Below, in pieces: positions 63,073 through 64,000 of a stretch of DNA of 64,000 nucleotides (positions are counted from its first letter, which is position 1; each line of letters starts with the position of its first letter). This DNA is from an uncultured Actinomycetes bacterium (GTDB lineage Bacteria; Actinomycetota; Thermoleophilia; Gaiellales; Gaiellaceae). Below the pieces are notes generated by a model that saw nothing but the letters and a program-made list of their open reading frames with translations, did not search any database and had not been told where the DNA came from. The stretch is taken from the NCBI GenBank assembly GCA_963724675.1, contig CAVRVP010000002.1, positions 340,776-404,775 on the forward strand, in the 5' to 3' direction. Made by a program: the position numbers and the translations under genes.

Positions 63073-64000
63073 GAGTGCGAAAGACTACGCAGCGGTGGAG
63101 TTCCTTCCCCTCTCAGGCGTGCGGGTAATCGACGTCACGACGTCGCTCGCCGGCCCGTACTGCACGGAGGTGCTCGCGGCGCTCGGGGCCGACGTGATCA
63201 AGGTCGAGCCGCTGTCGGGCGACGAGGCGCGCGCGTGGGGCCCCCCGTTCTGGCACGGCGAGAGCACGATGTTCCTGTCGATGAACGCGGGGAAGCGGTC
63301 GATCGCCCTCGATCTCAGGAAGGGCGTCGACGTGCTGCTGCGGCTCGCCGACGGCGCCGACGTCTTCCTCCAGAGTCTCAGGCCGGGCGCGGCCGAGGAG
63401 CGCGGGTTCGGGCCTGACGTACTGCGCGACCGCAACCCGAAGCTCGTCTACACGACGATCGGGGCGTTCGGTCATACGGGCCCCTGGAGCACGAGGCCCG
63501 GCTACGACCCGCTGGCTCAGGCAGCCGGCGGGATCCTCAGCCTGACGGGCGAGGAGGGCCGACCCGGCGTCCGCGTCGGCGTCTCCATGGTCGACCAGGG
63601 CACGGGGATCTGGGCAGCGCTCGCGATCGTCGCGGCGCTGCTCGAACGGGAGCGCACCGGATCGGGGCGCGTGATCGACGTCTCGCTCTACGAGACGACG
63701 CTCGCGCTGCTCGCGTACCAGATCACTGGCTACCTCGCGAGCGGAGACGTCCCCGGCCGCCACGGAACGGCGTTCGCGTCGATCGCGCCGTATCGCGTCT
63801 ACGGGACCGCCGACGGCGAGGTGATGATCGCGGCCGGCAACGACAAGTTGTTCGGAGCGCTCGTCGAGGCGCTCGAGCTCGCGGGAGTTCGCCGACGATC
63901 CGAGGTTCCGCACGAACCCCGACCGCGTCGCACACCGCGGAGCCCTCGACGACGCTGATCGCCGAGGCGACGCGCGGACGGTCGACCGCGGACATCCTCG
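63071..64000 (+). CDS. Family III CoA-transferase (CaiB/BaiF type), runs off the right edge; frame broken near 63887 and probably 63957
   Basis: Track ORF 63071..63958 carries GVRVIDVTTSLAGPYCT..LGADVIKVE..KRSIALDL. After 63887 the family-like sequence continues in another frame (EFADDPRFRTNPDRVAHR). Confidence 0.75.

Overview
High-GC (about 70%) actinobacterial-type chromosome, almost fully coding, with no rRNA, CRISPR array, transposase or integrase seen. Organism guess (inference only): a deep-branching Actinomycetota lineage.

Three blocks:
- (i) 1-21.5 kb: the conserved uvrB ... coaE-rpsA-polA backbone, split by a ~14.6 kb variable stretch (1545-16155). It holds a TetR/MFS pair, a SARP-SIR2 gene coupled to an nSTAND ATPase-TM-WD40 gene, a dimethylformamidase-like gene, pabBC, two more MFS genes and an RHH/DUF4097 pair.
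- (ii) 21.5-35.5 kb: a LarA-like gene, a liv-type ABC transporter operon, tRNA-Leu(CAA), a DyP-like/lipoprotein pair and a deoC-aldehyde dehydrogenase cluster.
- (iii) 35.5-56.7 kb: a Bacillus-like housekeeping string (era, cdd, dgkA, ybeY, phoH, yqeY, HIT, mtaB, prmA, dnaJ, hrcA, hemW, lepA, murJ, rpsT, holA, comEC, comEA, leuS). It is followed by lysA, a thioredoxin-domain gene, DedA and a CoA-transferase that runs off the right edge.

Main caveat: by hand count about 45 reading-frame breaks interrupt otherwise clear genes, including essential ones (leuS, lepA, murJ, holA). I therefore stitched many genes together from several track ORFs. Break positions are good to about +/-10 nt.

Best candidate for an undescribed system: the translationally coupled SARP(wHTH+BTAD)-SIR2 and nSTAND-TM-WD40 pair at 3349-8436. 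Second: a leuS leader with a -10 box, a near-leaderless MRQLLA mini-ORF and an intrinsic terminator.

All domain calls come from motif recognition by eye. No database search was run.
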